64,000 bases of DNA from Dendrobates tinctorius (taxonomy: Eukaryota): NCBI RefSeq assembly GCF_039654945.1, contig NW_027361751.1, positions 23,932,001 to 23,996,000 on the forward strand, given 5' to 3'. Every line of letters begins with the position of its first letter. Position 1 is the first letter of the stretch. The notes under the pieces are model-generated. The model was not told the origin of the DNA, made no database searches, and saw only the letters and a list, made by a program, of their open reading frames with translations. This document shows, piece after piece, positions 47,601 through 61,030 of this stretch. Both the position numbers and the translations under genes were made by a program.

Positions 47601-50385
47601 ATGACAGATACCAAAGGTACCTAATGGTCGCAGTAGCATTCAAAGGCGAGATCCGTTACTTTCAGTATACGGCCATGCCCTTCGGTCTCTCTACAGCACC
47701 GAGTATCTTCACCAAAGTGATGTTGGAGGTGATGGCCTTCGCCAAAAAGACACTTGGATTGTGCCTTACCTAGATGACTTCTTAGTTATTGGGAACTCTA
47801 TCGCCCAGTGTGCTAAACGGGTGGTTGATAGTCTCATCTTTGCAGGATCATCAACTTCCAGAAATCCAGACTTGTCCCACTCTCCATCCAGACGTTTTTA
47901 GGGTTCCAGTTAGACTCTACGGCCCAGAGGTGTTTACTTCCTCAGGTAAAAATTGTGCTCATTAAAGATAAGGTTAGAGCAGCAATGGACAGACCATGCA
48001 TGTCCTTGAGAGGCAATGTCGCTATTGGGGTCGCTCACCTCTTGTACCCCGGCAGTTCAGTGGGCCCAATATCACATCCGCACACTGCAACATCACATTC
48101 TCCAAGAGGAAAGACGGCTTGGCGGTCACCTCGAACAAGATAACCCTATCCCAGGAAGTCTTGACGTCTCTAATGTGGTGGCTAGATAGTAACCATTTGT
48201 CCGCAGGAGTTCCATGGGTAATATCACCATCCCATACTCTAACCACCGACGCTAGCCCCATGGCTGGGGAGCCCATATGGGGAATAGCTACTGTCAGGGA
48301 AGATGGCGTAAGGAGGAATTACAATATTCGTCTAACCTAAAAGAGCTGACGGCAGTAGATTATGCATTACATCATTTTCTTCCTCAGCTCCAGCAGAAGC
48401 ATGTCCAGATCTGACAACACCTCCACAGTGGTGTATTTAAACAGACAGGGAGGTACTCGATCAGAGACTGTCTTCTGCAGCAAAAATCTTAAGCTTGGCC
48501 GAAAATTACTTGTTGTCCCTTTCTGCCCTCCACATCAAGGGAAAGAACAACCAAGAAGCGGACATCTTGAGCTGCACTTCGGCAGGGGGAGTGGCACCTC
48601 AATCAGCGTGTCTTCAAGGGCATAATAGCTCTATGGGGGCAGCCTCAAGTAGACCTCTTTGCCACGAAAGAGAACAGACAAGTAAAAAGATTTGCCTCCC
48701 TGTCCTTGACGGATCATCCAGACATACTAGTCACCCTGCAGGCCCCATGGAAATTTGACCTAGCATATGCCTTCCCTCCGATAATCCTTCTACCACAGGT
48801 CATTCGGAAGATCAGAGAGGACAAGGCGAGGATAATTTTAATAGCACCGTTCTGGCTCAAGAGACCATGGTTCTCATGGCTACGAACCATGTCTATATCG
48901 GATCCTTGGGTCCTCCCTTCGATCCCCAACCTACTCTCCCAAGGACCTTTTTTCCACCCCCAGGTGGACAGCCTACACTTGACGGCGTGGAATTTGAGAG
49001 GCAGCTACTAATGTCAAGAGGGTTTTCCGAAACACTAATTGCTATGCTCCTACAGAGCAGGAAGCAGTCTACTACCCAAAATATGGAGAAAATTCCCGCA
49101 GTTCCATACAACCTCTCATTTCACAGAAATTCCGATTGTAGAAATTCCAGGATGGGCACAAAAAGGAAAAGAACTGGGTTTGGCAGTAAATACATTGAAA
49201 GTCCATGTGTCCACATTAGGGGCACTTTACGGCCATAATATAGCAGGGAACAAATGAGTGTCCCGATTTATTACAGCTTGTGAACGAATGACCCCTGTTC
49301 ACATACCTAGAATCCCACCTTGGGACCTAAACTTGGTCCTAGACTCCTTTACGGGAGCCCCTTTTGAATCAATAGACACTATCTCCAAAATTACTGGTCA
49401 CTCAAAACGGCCCTCTTAGTAGCACTAACATCAGCTAGGAGAGTTAGCAACATTCAAGCCCTATCCATAGATCCACCCTTCTTACAGATATCCAGATAGG
49501 TTGGTTTTAAAACCAGACCCCTCATACATTCCTAAGCTATCAGCAAAATTCCATAGACCACAAGAAATGCTTCTCCCCACTTTCTTCAGGGACCCCTCCA
49601 CTCCAGAAGAACAAAAACTTCACTCCCTAGACGTTAGGAGAACTGTCTTAAAATACATCGAAAGATCCAGGAGCTGGAGGAAGTGTAGGGCTTTGTTCAT
49701 ATCTTTCCAGGGCTGTAAAAAGGGGTACAGAGTCACGAAGAGCACCTTATCCTGATGGATCAGGGATGCCATCCGATTAGCTTACTCCACGAGAAATGAA
49801 AATCCTCCGGAGAGCATCAGAGCACATTCTACTAGAGCAATGGCATCATCTTGGGCCAAGAGGGGAGACATTCCAATCGAAGCCACATGTAAGGCAGCAA
49901 TTTGGTCAACACCTTCTACCTTCTATAATCACTATAGACTTGGCCTCTCATCAACTTCCGACCTAAGCTTTGGTAGGACGGTCCTTGGCACGGTGGTCCC
50001 ACCCAGGTGATGGTCTCTGGAATCTCTCCAGTGGGTGCTGTTGTGGCGAAGGGTAAAAAGCCTGATTACTTACCAGTAATGCTTTTTAATGAGTCCACGA
50101 CAGCATCCGCTCACTTCCTTCCCTATGAAGATAATAACAATAGATGCGCTCCATTAATATGTGGTGTATTTCTTAAATGTACAGTAAATAAGTTACTTAA
50201 AATACAAGAACGCTGCCTAACCATTGGCAGTCCTCCTGGTACTCTGAAATACAACTGAGGAGGAGAGGCGGACTACCCCCTTTTCTCTCTGTAGGTTTCC
50301 TGTTCCTATGGGGCGGGTCTGCTACCTCCAGTGGGTGCTATCGTGGTCTCATTAAAAGAGCATTAACGGTAAGTAATCCGGCTAT
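44659..50385 (+). mobile_element. DIRS1-type retrotransposon, copy B (diverged sister of copy A), decayed, with MITE insertion
   Basis: Termini and ICR (about 50026-50107) homologous to copy A; gag, pol and YR colinear with many frameshifts. Confidence 0.95.
46508..46917. mobile_element. PIF/Harbinger-type palindromic MITE inserted in DIRS-B gag
   Basis: TAA duplication; TIR GGCTAGTTTCACACTAGCGTTTATTCCA; removing it restores SKSKICTIPCEGEF. Confidence 0.92.
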
Positions 50386-50510
50386 CCTGCCCTTGAGCAG
50401 CCTGCCCAGGATACTTCCCGATTGGAGCCAGAAGCCTATCTATACTTCCCTACTGTTCCCATCCATTTAGTTAACCACTGTGCTGCATGTATTCTACTAT
50501 CCCTCTATAC

Positions 50511-50959
50511 CAGTGGTCCCCAACCTTTCTGACCTTGAGAGCCACATCCAGCTCCAGCCCCTTCAAAGTAGCGTCAACCAAAGCCCCCCATTACAAGTAT
50601 AGTGATAAAACAGCTTTTCCACAGAAATCACTCCAAAGCAATACACTGAGATCCAGGGGTTCCCACAATACCCCCATTCAGTATTCTCCCAACACAGTCA
50701 CATCCAGCTTTGAGCGCCTCCTCTAACAGGTAGTATCATCCTCCAGCGTAACATACCTAAAACATCTCGAAACCTCTAAGACCAGTAAATGTGCTTCCAG
50801 ATCTGCACTTCTGTGCAGGGCTACTCACAAAATTCACCATTTTGAGATGTATTCTTCATACCTGTTTTGCTAGACCTGGAGCTAATGCTCCAAGCTGGCA
50901 GACAATTCATGGGACCGCAAGCCACATGTGGCTCCCAAGCTACACGTTGGGGACCCCTG
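50511..50959. mobile_element. hAT-type non-autonomous element
   Basis: TIR CAG(T/G)GGTCCCCAAC; 8-bp TSD CTCTATAC/CTCTATGC. Confidence 0.85.
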
Positions 50960-51046
50960 CTCTATGCTATTCTTTCCCTTAACTCTATAATGCCCCCTCT
51001 ACTCTAACCCCTATGGCTCTATGCTAAGATCCTATCTTAACCCTAT

Positions 51047-52278
51047 GGGTATGTGCACACGTTGCAGACTTGCCTGTGGAATTTTCTGCACAGAATCTGC
51101 ATCTCTTGGCAGAAATGCAGGTAAAAATCCACGTGGATTTGATGCTTTTTTGATGTGTATTTTTCATGCGTTTTTGTAAGCTAAATAAAGATGTTTAACC
51201 AAATTGATGTCATTTATTGGCCAACCTCTTTTACATTCTCCATTGAATGATGTTTACACACGGAGAAAAAAAATCTGCATTAGGCCGGGGTCACACTTGC
51301 AAGAAACTCGTACGCGTCTCGCACCTCAATACTCAGCACTGCCACCGACACTCAGACTGGAGCATTTAGCTGCATAGAAATGCTTGGAGCCGCACACTCC
51401 TTTCCCAGGTGCCGGCAGCAGTTTCAGGTATTGAAATGTGAGACTCGTGCGAGTTTCTCACAGGTGTGACCCCAGCCTTAAAGGGAATCTGTCACCTCTT
51501 TCGGCAATGAGCTGCCGGCACTGCCATCAGGGGCTCATCTACAGCATTCTGTAATGCTGTAGATAAGCCCCTGATGTAACCTGAAAGAAAAACTAGATTA
51601 TACTCACTCGGGGGTCCGGTCTGGCGCCTCCCATCTCCTAGCGATGACGTCCTCCTTCTTACTTCTGCCGTGACTCCTTTGCAGGCGTACTATATCTGCC
51701 CTGTTGAGGGCAGAGTACTGCAGTGTGCAGGCGCTGGGAAAGGTCAGAGGTCTGGCGCCTGGACTAGGTGAGTATGTACTTTATTTTATATTTTGTATGT
51801 TCTGTTTTTTTTCTTAAACACTACTGAACACATGCATTGTCTGATAGGACTACTTTCCCATCATCGACAATGCTTTCACTGAGTATTCGTTGTCGGATGG
51901 GAGCAGTAGTTTCATCAGACAATGTCTGCTTACACAGACATGCACATACATGTAGACATTCCGCCTACACACTTCCCTCCTATCGATCTGCAGCGTTTCT
52001 TGCAGCAAATCCGCAGATCTTTTTTACACCTGCGGTTTTGTTTTGCTGCGGATGGGCCTGATTCAATGGAAGTCAGTGGATGCAGAAACGCTGCAGATCC
52101 GCAAAAAAAATTGACATGCTGCGGAAAATAAAGCGCTGCTCATCTGCGCATTTTTCAGTAGCATGTGCACAGCAATTCTTAAATTCATAGATTAACATTG
52201 GCTGTGCACTACACTGCGGATTTGATACAATTCCATGCATCCAAAAACACTGCGGATCCACAACGTGTGCGCACAGCC
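51047..52278. mobile_element. Composite of Harbinger-type MITEs (including 51283-51477) and a partial T2-like MITE
   Basis: GGGTATGTGCACACGTTG ... CAACGTGTGCGCACAGCC outer ends; inner GGCCGGGGTCACAC...GTGTGACCCCAGCC; AGGGAATCTGTCACC arm from 51482. Confidence 0.6.
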
Positions 52279-54728
52279 TTATTCTATGCAGTACACAATA
52301 CAGGAACACAGTACATTTGCATTACAGTACATAACACAGGGCTTGGCGTCAGAGCCTATATCAGTGACACTGCCTTTGAGACACCTATACTTCCAAGGGC
52401 CTGAACCCTTCTTATTTTTTTTTTTTTTTGTGGCAAACTAAGGCATACTTATTGTCATCGCTTATGATTCCAGCACACTCGGTGAGGACTGTCTGGATGT
52501 CACCGGACTGCAGTCTGTGACTGATTGGAACAGTGCATCATTGTATGTCTTGCCCTCTCCTGCATCCAGGGCTGACTTGCATAAAATTTTCCTTATTAAA
52601 AAGCACAGGTTTAATGCCAAACCTCCAAGGTTGTGTTGTGTAACAGTATTTATTTCAAATTGACTTCCCGTCTTGTCATTCTGTGGAAGAATGGCCGTGT
52701 ACCGGGTCATAACACTTCTGTGGATGAAGGTAAACTTCAGAAGCAATCACCTTACCGTGGGACACGCTCCTTCTCTATATTTCAATCTGCTCTGATAAAT
52801 GGCTGCCCTCTCTGGAATAGAAATGCCTCTTCTGTAAAGTCAATCACTTTAAGTCTTATGAATTTGCTAAAGAGGGAACCTGAACCAGTAAGCGTCCCAT
52901 CGCTGAAGACTCGGCACATATCACGTGTGTCCTAGATATTGGTGAGAATGCAGCTAACACTTCCCGAATCACAAGCTGCCCGGCATTGCCAACTGCAAGC
53001 CACGTGGCCAGCACGACTGGAGAGGAATTGCAGGCTAGCAATCGTAAGTACTCTTCAATCATTTTAATAATGTATTGCTTTAGTTCTAAATTGTTGTGCT
53101 ATTACTAGATAACTGATTTTAAGGGATTGTCTAAGACTTGGATATGGCTGGCATCACCATAGAATTGAGTCACTGGTAAGCAATTGTGGGGGTCCAAAAA
53201 ATGGCCACCCTTACTGATTAGCTGTTAGCAGGTCCAGCTGTAGTCGGGCATATAGGGGGAACAGCACAGCTCCGTAGACGGTGTACTGGTCGGTCTCTAG
53301 TGTATCATCTGGGCTGCAATATGCAAACTGAGAAAAGATGCACCAAGTGTTTCCAGGGAAGATAAAACATCTGAAGAGCAGTGACAGGTGTTTGGTGTGT
53401 TAGTATAAAAAGAGGGGGACATGAAATGTACAATCACGAACTATTTTCTTACAGGAAGAAAAATCCAGATACAGCGGAGATGGCGTTGTGACTCTTTCAG
53501 AAAGCAGTGCCTCCATGAAGATAATAGACCTCCTCACTCTTCAGTATCTCTTATGACCATGGTATGCTCACATTTCTATGTAGGACAGCAGAGTTCTTAC
53601 TGTAATTTATCTTGTGTTTTATCAAAAGCGTTTGCTAGCTTCTATTCTTTCCTTCAGGGCAACAGAGACCTGAAGAGAAAAGCACTTTACACGCTTCAAG
53701 GATTTGTATCGTTTACAAAATCAGACGAGGCACCTGATTGGGGACAGTCCCTTAAATTCCATTAGCTCAGATCATCTTTCTGGTCAAATCCTGTGTGTCC
53801 CCCCCCCCCCCAATTCTTCATCCTCATACCTATACCCTAACCCCTTAATACTTACTCGGTGTCACACTGTACTCTGCCATTTGTGCAACTCTGTCATGAG
53901 ATCATTATCCACCTCAATTTGCTACCCAACATGCCGAAGTGAACTTCTGTCTTGCTCAACACCAAATTTTTTTTTTTTTTTTCCCATGTTATAGTTATGT
54001 ATTAATAAAGATCTATTTAAAGCAAATTGTGTGTGTGTGGTAATCTTTTAGCTGCCTAGTAGTCATTATCCATAATGTGGTTCTCCATATGTAAAGGTTG
54101 TTGCCTGTTTTGCTGTCTAATTTTACAATGTGCGCTCACTGAGTATTCACATATCATCATGTAGGAAATGACTGGCTCCGGACAGGCCTCCCTATCAAGA
54201 AGTAGACAAATATAGCATGTTCGTGTTGGAAGGGACCTCCAAGGTCAAGTTACCCGCAGTGTACGTTAAGATACCAGTGCACTGGTGCAAGGAGCTGGTA
54301 ACCAAGGTCAACATTGGGCTTCTAAGCGGCACTTAGAAACCCGATGTGTACCTTGGTTACCAGGCTCCAGCTTGCTGATTGCTGGTCTCCTGCTTGCCAC
54401 ACGCAGCAATGCGTGCTGGCCCGCGGGAGACCAACGATTGAAAAAAAATGTCCTGGCCATCAAGGACTATCGGTGATACCCGGCAGGGGGCCGGTCGCTG
54501 ATAAGTGTCACACACAGCGGTCTCGCTGGTGAGGTCGCTGTTATGTCACAAAAGTGACTCGGCAGTGATCTCGCTAGTGAGATTGCTGTGTGTGACGGGG
54601 GCTTTAGCCTTTAGCCTTTATTTTTTTTTTTTTTTTTTTTTGCAAGCTAAGGGTTCTTTTACATTTGCTTGTTTTTGCAGCCCCCACAGATTTCTATGGG
54701 GCGGCAAAAATTCATCGGAGCACCTTGC

Positions 54729-54802
<74 letters not shown>

Positions 54803-55006
54803 AATAAATATATGAGCTTGCTCGATATGTTTCATGGCTTACGGACACGGGCCGCAATAGATTTCAATGGTGCCGCAAAAAAGGTGGCATGACTTTACAG
54901 TATGCCATATTTGTGTGGGGTTTTTTTTTTTTTTTTTTTGCGCGGGAGACCATGAAAATCACAGCAATACAGCCCGCATAACCAGCCACAGAAAACCCTA
55001 AGTGTA

Positions 55007-55654
55007 AGGCTGTGTGCCCACGTAGCGTTTTTTAAGCGTTTCTGCAGCGCTTTTAGACAAGCGATTCTGCTGCAGAAACGCTTAAAAGCATCCAATTGAT
55101 TTTTAATGAAAAACGCACATGTTGTGCCAATGGTGCGTTTTTAACTGCTGCTGAAACGCTTAGCGATTAAACGCAGCATGTTCACTAATTTTGCGGAATC
55201 TCACGTGATTCCGCATACCATCAATTATATTGACAAACGCTTACAAAAGCGCGTCAAAACGCATGCGTCTTCCATTGAACAGGGTGTGCGATTCTGCTTC
55301 AGAATCGCTACGTGGGCACATAGCCTAAGGGTATGCGCACACGTGTTGCGGATTTTGCTAAATCCACAGGTGAAATGACCTACATTTTAACTACCTGATT
55401 TAGTGCAGATTTACTGAGGATTTCCCCTGCGTCTTTACACCTGCCGATTTCTATAATGGAGCAGGTGTTGAAACGCTGCAGAATCCGCACAAAGAATTGA
55501 CATGCTGCGGATTAAAATCCGTAACAAATCTGCGCGGAGAAATCTGCAGCATGTGCACAGCGTTTTTGGATTTACGTAGAATAGAATGGTACTGTACAAT
55601 GCAGCCAAATCTGCTGTGGATTCGCAGCAGAATCCGCAACGTGTGCACAGACCC
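55007..55654. mobile_element. Two abutting Harbinger-type MITEs separated by one TAA
   Basis: TAA|GGCTGTGTGCCCACGTAGCG...CGCTACGTGGGCACATAGCC|TAA|GGGTATGCGCACACG...CGTGTGCACAGACCC. Confidence 0.75.
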
Positions 55655-55758
55655 TCAAAAAAGCCTAAACATCCCCAGATTGTTTAACCATTCCACGTAG
55701 GACATACTTTGCCACTCACCATCTTGGTAGCTCTTGGTTGAACTTGCCCTAGTTTTTT

Positions 55759-55798
<40 letters not shown>

Positions 55799-56745
55799 CC
55801 CCCTTACTGACTGGATAGTACATTATCGGTTGGTATCCCCTGCTTTGAGGTGGGCTCCGGTGGTGAGCCCACCTAAAAGCTGTAGCAGTCAGCTGTTATA
55901 AACTGATGTGCCCACAATAGGCGCGGGCGAAGTCGCAATCCGCCCACACCTATTAACTAGTTAAATCCTGTTGTCAAACACTGACAGCGGGCATTTAACT
56001 GGTACTTCCGGTGCCCGGCCCGAAATAAGCGCATCGCCGACCTCGTCACATGAGCGGGGGGTCAGCGACGTGTTACCATGAAAAACCACAGGTCTCATAG
56101 AAACCTCTATGGTTGTTGCTGGCAGATTACTATGAGCGCCACCCTGTGGTCAGCGCTCATAGCAATTCTGTATTTCTGCAACATATAGTGGAAATGGAGG
56201 CTATTGATGCCAAAAGTAAAAAGTTTAAAAATTAAAAAAAAGTTTAAATCAACCCCTTTCGCCCCAATCAAAATAAAACTATAAAAAAATTAAACCTACA
56301 CATATTTGGTATTGCCGTGTTCAGATTCGTCCGATCTATCAATAAAAAAAATTAGCGATTGGGTTAAATGGCGTAACGAGAAAAAAATCAAAACACCAGT
56401 ATTACTTTTTTTTGGTTGCTGTGACATTGCATTAAAATGCAATAACGTGTGATCAAAAGTGGTATCATTAAATGTTAGCTCGGCACGCAAAAAATAAGCC
56501 CTCACCCAACCTGAAATCACGAAAAATGGAGACGCTACGGCTCTTGGAAAATTTTTTTTTTAAAGCAAACTTTGGAATTTTTTTTTTTCTTTTCTCCCGT
56601 TTTCGAGTACACCACATGGTGTCGCTCAAAAGTACAACTCATCCTGCAAAAAAAATAAGCCCTCATATGGCCATATTGATGGAAAAATAAAGTTATGGCT
56701 ATGGAAAGAAGGGGAGCACAAAAATGAGAAGCTCTGGTCATGGGG
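55799..56745. mobile_element. Degenerate piggyBac-like non-autonomous element
   Basis: CCCCTT... start, ...GGGG|TTAA end; internal similarity to the element at 61999+; right end also seen inverted near 42704-42800. Confidence 0.6.
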
Positions 56746-56751
56746 TTAAAT

Positions 56752-57320
56752 GTGGTGCCCAGAATTGGATACAGTATTCCAGATGAGGCCTGAGCAAAGA
56801 GATGTAGAGGGGGATAATTACTTCATATGATCTAGACGCTATGCTTCTCTTAATACATGCCAGAATTGTTTCTTACTGACTCATGTGCAGTCTCTGATCT
56901 ATTGGTATACCCAAGTCTTTTCACACGTGCTGTTGCTTAGTTCTAGTCCTCCCATTCTACAGATGTAACTTATGTTTCTTGCCCAGATGTAGAGTCTTGC
57001 ATTTCTCCCTGTTAAATACCATTCTGTTAGTCGCTGACCATTGTTCAAGCCTAGCCAGAGCCGTATGAATCTTTTCCCTGTCTTCTCTAGTGTTAGCAAT
57101 CCCTTCTAGCTTTGCATCGTCCGCAAATTTTGATTAGTTTACCTTCAGTTCCCTTATCTAGATCATTTATAAAAATGTTGAACACTGGGGCAAGAGCCTT
57201 GTGGTAGCTCTCATGAAACACTCTTCCGATTAGATGTCCAACCATTTATTACCACTCTTTGAGTGCGATCACTGAGCCCGTTATGAATCTACCTAACCGC
57301 AGACTTGTCAATACCATACT
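56752..57320 (-). mobile_element. CR1 LINE reverse transcriptase fragment
   Basis: Minus strand gives [43 protein letters not shown]. Confidence 0.88.
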
Positions 57321-57720
57321 TGGACTTTTATTTATTTTTTTTTTTTTTCGATACAGCTGAGCTGGTTACATTACAAAGGCGGTCTCTTCTCAGAACTGTC
57401 AAGTTTGCGATATGGTCTTTCCCCACACTGACTGCTGTAAGATTAAAGCTGAAGATGTTAGTAATTTCTGCTGTAATTATAGGCATCTCTGCTGTGAGAC
57501 CTGTCCATCAGCCTCCTCGAACTGGACAACTGCTCTTCTGTTGGTGGAGGCTGACGTCTGGTCACATGCTCCTCCATGAGTAGCCATTGTATGGATATGT
57601 GCTGGTCAATGTGTGAAGAAAGCTGCACAAAGGAGAAAGTGGCAATTGGCCAGGAAGCGCTTCTTCCCCCTCCTGTCAGCTGGCTAAGGACCACAAAGTT
57701 GAATGTTCTGGGAAAACAAA

Positions 57721-58515
57721 ATATTCAGGATTGAGAGTCCTCAGTAGTTGATACCTTTTAATGGCTAACTGAAAAGATGGTAATACATTGCAAGCTTTCG
57801 AGACTACTCAGGTCTCTTCATCAGGCTACACTAATACAAAATCTGAAGTCACATATTTATGCACAATACAGCCTAGAAAAAATGCAATAGATAAGACAAG
57901 TGACGTGAAGCAGAACTATCAATTCATTTGGCAAAACATTGGCAACTGGCAACATTGGCAAAACAATGGCAAAACATTTCTGTATCCCTGATCACAGCAG
58001 CATGGATATGAAATTACTGGTATTGAAAGGTAACTTCACATCTCAGAGAGAGAGACGAGTTTGGGAGTACAAATTTATGACGAACTTTGACACTCTCAGT
58101 GCTGGAATGAATGTGTCGCATGGATTTATGTCTTTTTACATCAATTAAGGAATTTCCTTTTAAAACCTTGCGGGGCAACACAGAACTAGACCCCAATCAG
58201 AGGACCATAAAACATCCAGACTCCTTATCTATGAACTGGTCCAATGTTTATGTTTCTCCCTCTCCCATATTGATAGTTCTGCTTCACTTCACTTGTCTTA
58301 TCTATTGCATTTTTTCTAGGCTGTATTGTGCATAAATATGTGACTTCAGATTTTGTATTAGTCTAGCCTGATGAAGAGACCTGAGTAGTCTCGAAAGCTT
58401 GCAATGTATTACCATCTTTTCAGTTAGCCATTAAAAGGTATCAACTACTGAGGACTCTCAATCCTGAATATTTTTCTATCCACTGGCTAACACGGTACAA
58501 AGATATACATCTTTC
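57721..58515 (+). mobile_element. Penelope-like element 3' remnant with inverted pseudo-LTRs
   Basis: About 205-bp inverted arms (57718-57922 / 58269-58474); 13-bp TSD CTGGGAAAACAAA (57708-20, 58516-28); AKHF..DH...R..WE.KF...FDTL..GMN resembles a PLE GIY-YIG C-terminus. Confidence 0.8.
58364..58404 (+). ncRNA. Minimal hammerhead-ribozyme-like motif (mirror copy on minus strand 57789-57828)
   Basis: CTGATGA-A-GAGAC(ctgagta)GTCTC-GAAA-GCTT; stems I and III are weak. Confidence 0.55.
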
Positions 58516-59502
58516 CTGGGAAAACAAAGGTCATGTAAAAGCCAAATAGCAAAATGTTTAATGAAACCCAATTGCAATTTTTTTTCAGCCTGAAATGTGT
58601 ACATTTTAAGTTTAAAATGGATAATCTATTTCTTCAGCTCTACGTGAGGACCAGTCTAACTGTCGTAAACTAGTGACAGGACCTCCAAGCTGTGTAAGAA
58701 GACGCTACTCGGAAAAGTGCCTGAGTTTTACCGCAGGATATAAAACCACTGGTCAGTGTCCTACATGGACCAGAATATGGTGCAAGCATGGGGGACAAAA
58801 CAACCCTCTACACTGCTCAAACCTCATCTTATGGTCAGAGAAAATGATCTGTGTGATCCAACTGCACATCCATTTCACTAGCTCAAGCCAGAATTAATAA
58901 AACGCACCAAGAAAGATTTGGCGGAAGATGCTGAGCTCCTGGTCACGTCTGAGCTCTAGACAGTCACGATCTGCAAATAATAAAAATAACTCTGTCTATG
59001 ACCTGCTCCTATTGCTTTTTAAGCCTATAAAGTGTGGGTGGCTATTTAGCAGTCTATTTCTTTAAATAGTGGACAAAGCATAATGGCACCAGATAAATAA
59101 TACCATAAAACTGTGTAAAAGCATTACACCTATAGCAGCCAGATACACAGTACTTTGTAGCATCCAGATAAGGCTCGGAAGCACTTTAGAAGTTTTGTAT
59201 ATGAATCGTCTGTTTATTATTTTATAGATGCAATTTGGCGGGAAAGAAAAAGTAAATCGCAGGCAGAGCTAAATTAATGACGTATCGTAGGTTATCGGTG
59301 GGCATCTGACCGTTTCTGCAGCTCCACCTCCATATCATTAGATGGGGCTGCATTGCAATAATAAGCACCACTCACTTCTGTATGGGCTGCTGGCCGGGAA
59401 AGATATTAAATGGGTCACCACTTTTTTTTTTTTTTTTTTTTCTCTTTCTTTCCTTTAGCTGTTTTTAGATATTTCTGCAAATTTGATGTTTCTTCTCTGC
59501 AG

Positions 59503-59781
59503 AGTATTGTGCGCTGTGATGAAGATGAGGCCCACGTGGCGTCTGTATACTGCACTGTCTGCGCAACTCATCTGTGTGCCGACTGCTCCCTGCACACCCA
59601 CTCCACAAAGACACTAGCCAAACACAGACGTGTCCCCTTGGCTGACAAACCTTATGAGAAGACCCTCTGCACCCAACATCAGGTTCACGCCATAGAGTTT
59701 GTGTGCTTAGAAGATGGCTGCCAGACCAGTCCATTGATGTGCTGTGTCTGCAAAGAGTATGGAAAACATCAGGGCCACAAG
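59503..59781 (+). CDS. TRIM23: TRIM23 coding exon 4 (B-boxes)
   Basis: 279 nt, ctgcag|AGT...AAG|gtaacc; CDEDEAHVASVYCTVCATHLC...CCVCKEYGKHQGHK. Confidence 0.97.
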
Positions 59782-60559
59782 GTAACCTGAGCTTACCGGG
59801 ATGGATTTTATGTGACGTTGATACCTGGAGGGAATATGCTAATAATATCAGAAATTGAGCAGAGCATAGATGGCTAGATCCAATACAGTGACTAATGGGG
59901 AGACCTCCAAACATCATGGCTGCTGCGATGGCCGATTGGCAGGTAGTCCTTCCCAAGAGCATCGAAATTGCTCAGACTTACAATGTCTCTGTGGGGCAAT
60001 ACTTCACATCTGTGGAACAAAAAAAACAACACCATCATGTTTGAGATGAAACAACCCTTTTAAATTAACAGGGCTATCCAAACCCTTAAATTATTATTTT
60101 TTTTTTTTTTGTTTTAACCAAAAACTTTAAATGGTATAAAATAAACTGAAGAATACCTATGTGGCCATTCCCTCGGTGCTCCTCTCCCTCCTCTTCCCGT
60201 CTCCCTGTCAGTTTCTGTATCATGACCTCCAGCGATGATGTTTCAGCATGGACGTTTGACACTATGGTGGACAGGACTGAATCACCAGTGATTAGCTGCT
60301 GCGTTACATGACACTGTAGCAGCAGCATCACTGGAGGTTAAAATGCAGAAAGCAGCAGAGGGTATGGGATCTGAAATAATTTTTTTTTTTTTTTTTTTTA
60401 AATTTTACTTCTATACTATTTTGAACTTTTGATTAAAAAAAAAAAATAAATCCCTGTAGCCAAATACTCACCTGACCATCGGTGCTTTGATTACGTATCC
60501 CTGAAGGATTCAATTTCATTGCTTAATTGATAATTTTTTTTCCTTCTTTCTTTATAAAG

Positions 60560-60742
60560 CATGCTGTTCTGGAAACTGAAGCTAGCCAGATTCGTGCCTC
60601 CATATTGGACATGGCGCACTGTATAAGAAGCTTCACAGAGGAGATCTCGGAGTATTCCAGAAAGCTCACCGGTATCGTCCAACAGATCGAAGGCGGAGAG
60701 CAGATTGTGGAAGATGGAATTGGAATGGCCCACACTGAACAT
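60560..60742 (+). CDS. TRIM23: TRIM23 coding exon 5; gene continues beyond window
   Basis: 183 nt, aag|CAT...CAT|gtaggt; HAVLETEASQIRASILDMAHC...GIGMAHTEH. Confidence 0.96.
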
Positions 60743-60837
60743 GTAGGTGTCATATAGTGGGGTGTTACTTGTTATAGTCATTTATTTGTTTTATTACTAT
60801 GCTTTAATGATATATTATATATTTCTGGCCATCATAT

Positions 60838-61028
60838 TCCACAGCTCATTATCATCCCGGTCCCTATTGGAGCTACCAATCTAGATTCCCTATCAGTATG
60901 TCTTTGGGGTGTGGGAGGAAACCGGAGAACTCGGATTAAACCCATAGATGTTGTTCTTGGCAGGATTTGAACCCTGGACCCCAGTGCTGCAAAGCTACAG
61001 TGCTAACCACCCAGCCACTCTGCTGCCC
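60838..61028 (-). mobile_element. tRNA-derived SINE (V-SINE-like)
   Basis: Minus strand GGGCAGCAGAG, A box TGGCTGGGTGG, B box GGTTCAAATCC, then CTCCGGTTTCCTCCCACACCCCAAAGACAT core. Confidence 0.8.
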
Positions 61029-61030
61029 CA

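Noticed and set aside
60960-61028. tRNA-like sequence
   Set aside because: It is the head of a SINE, continuing into a SINE core, and has no complete cloverleaf.
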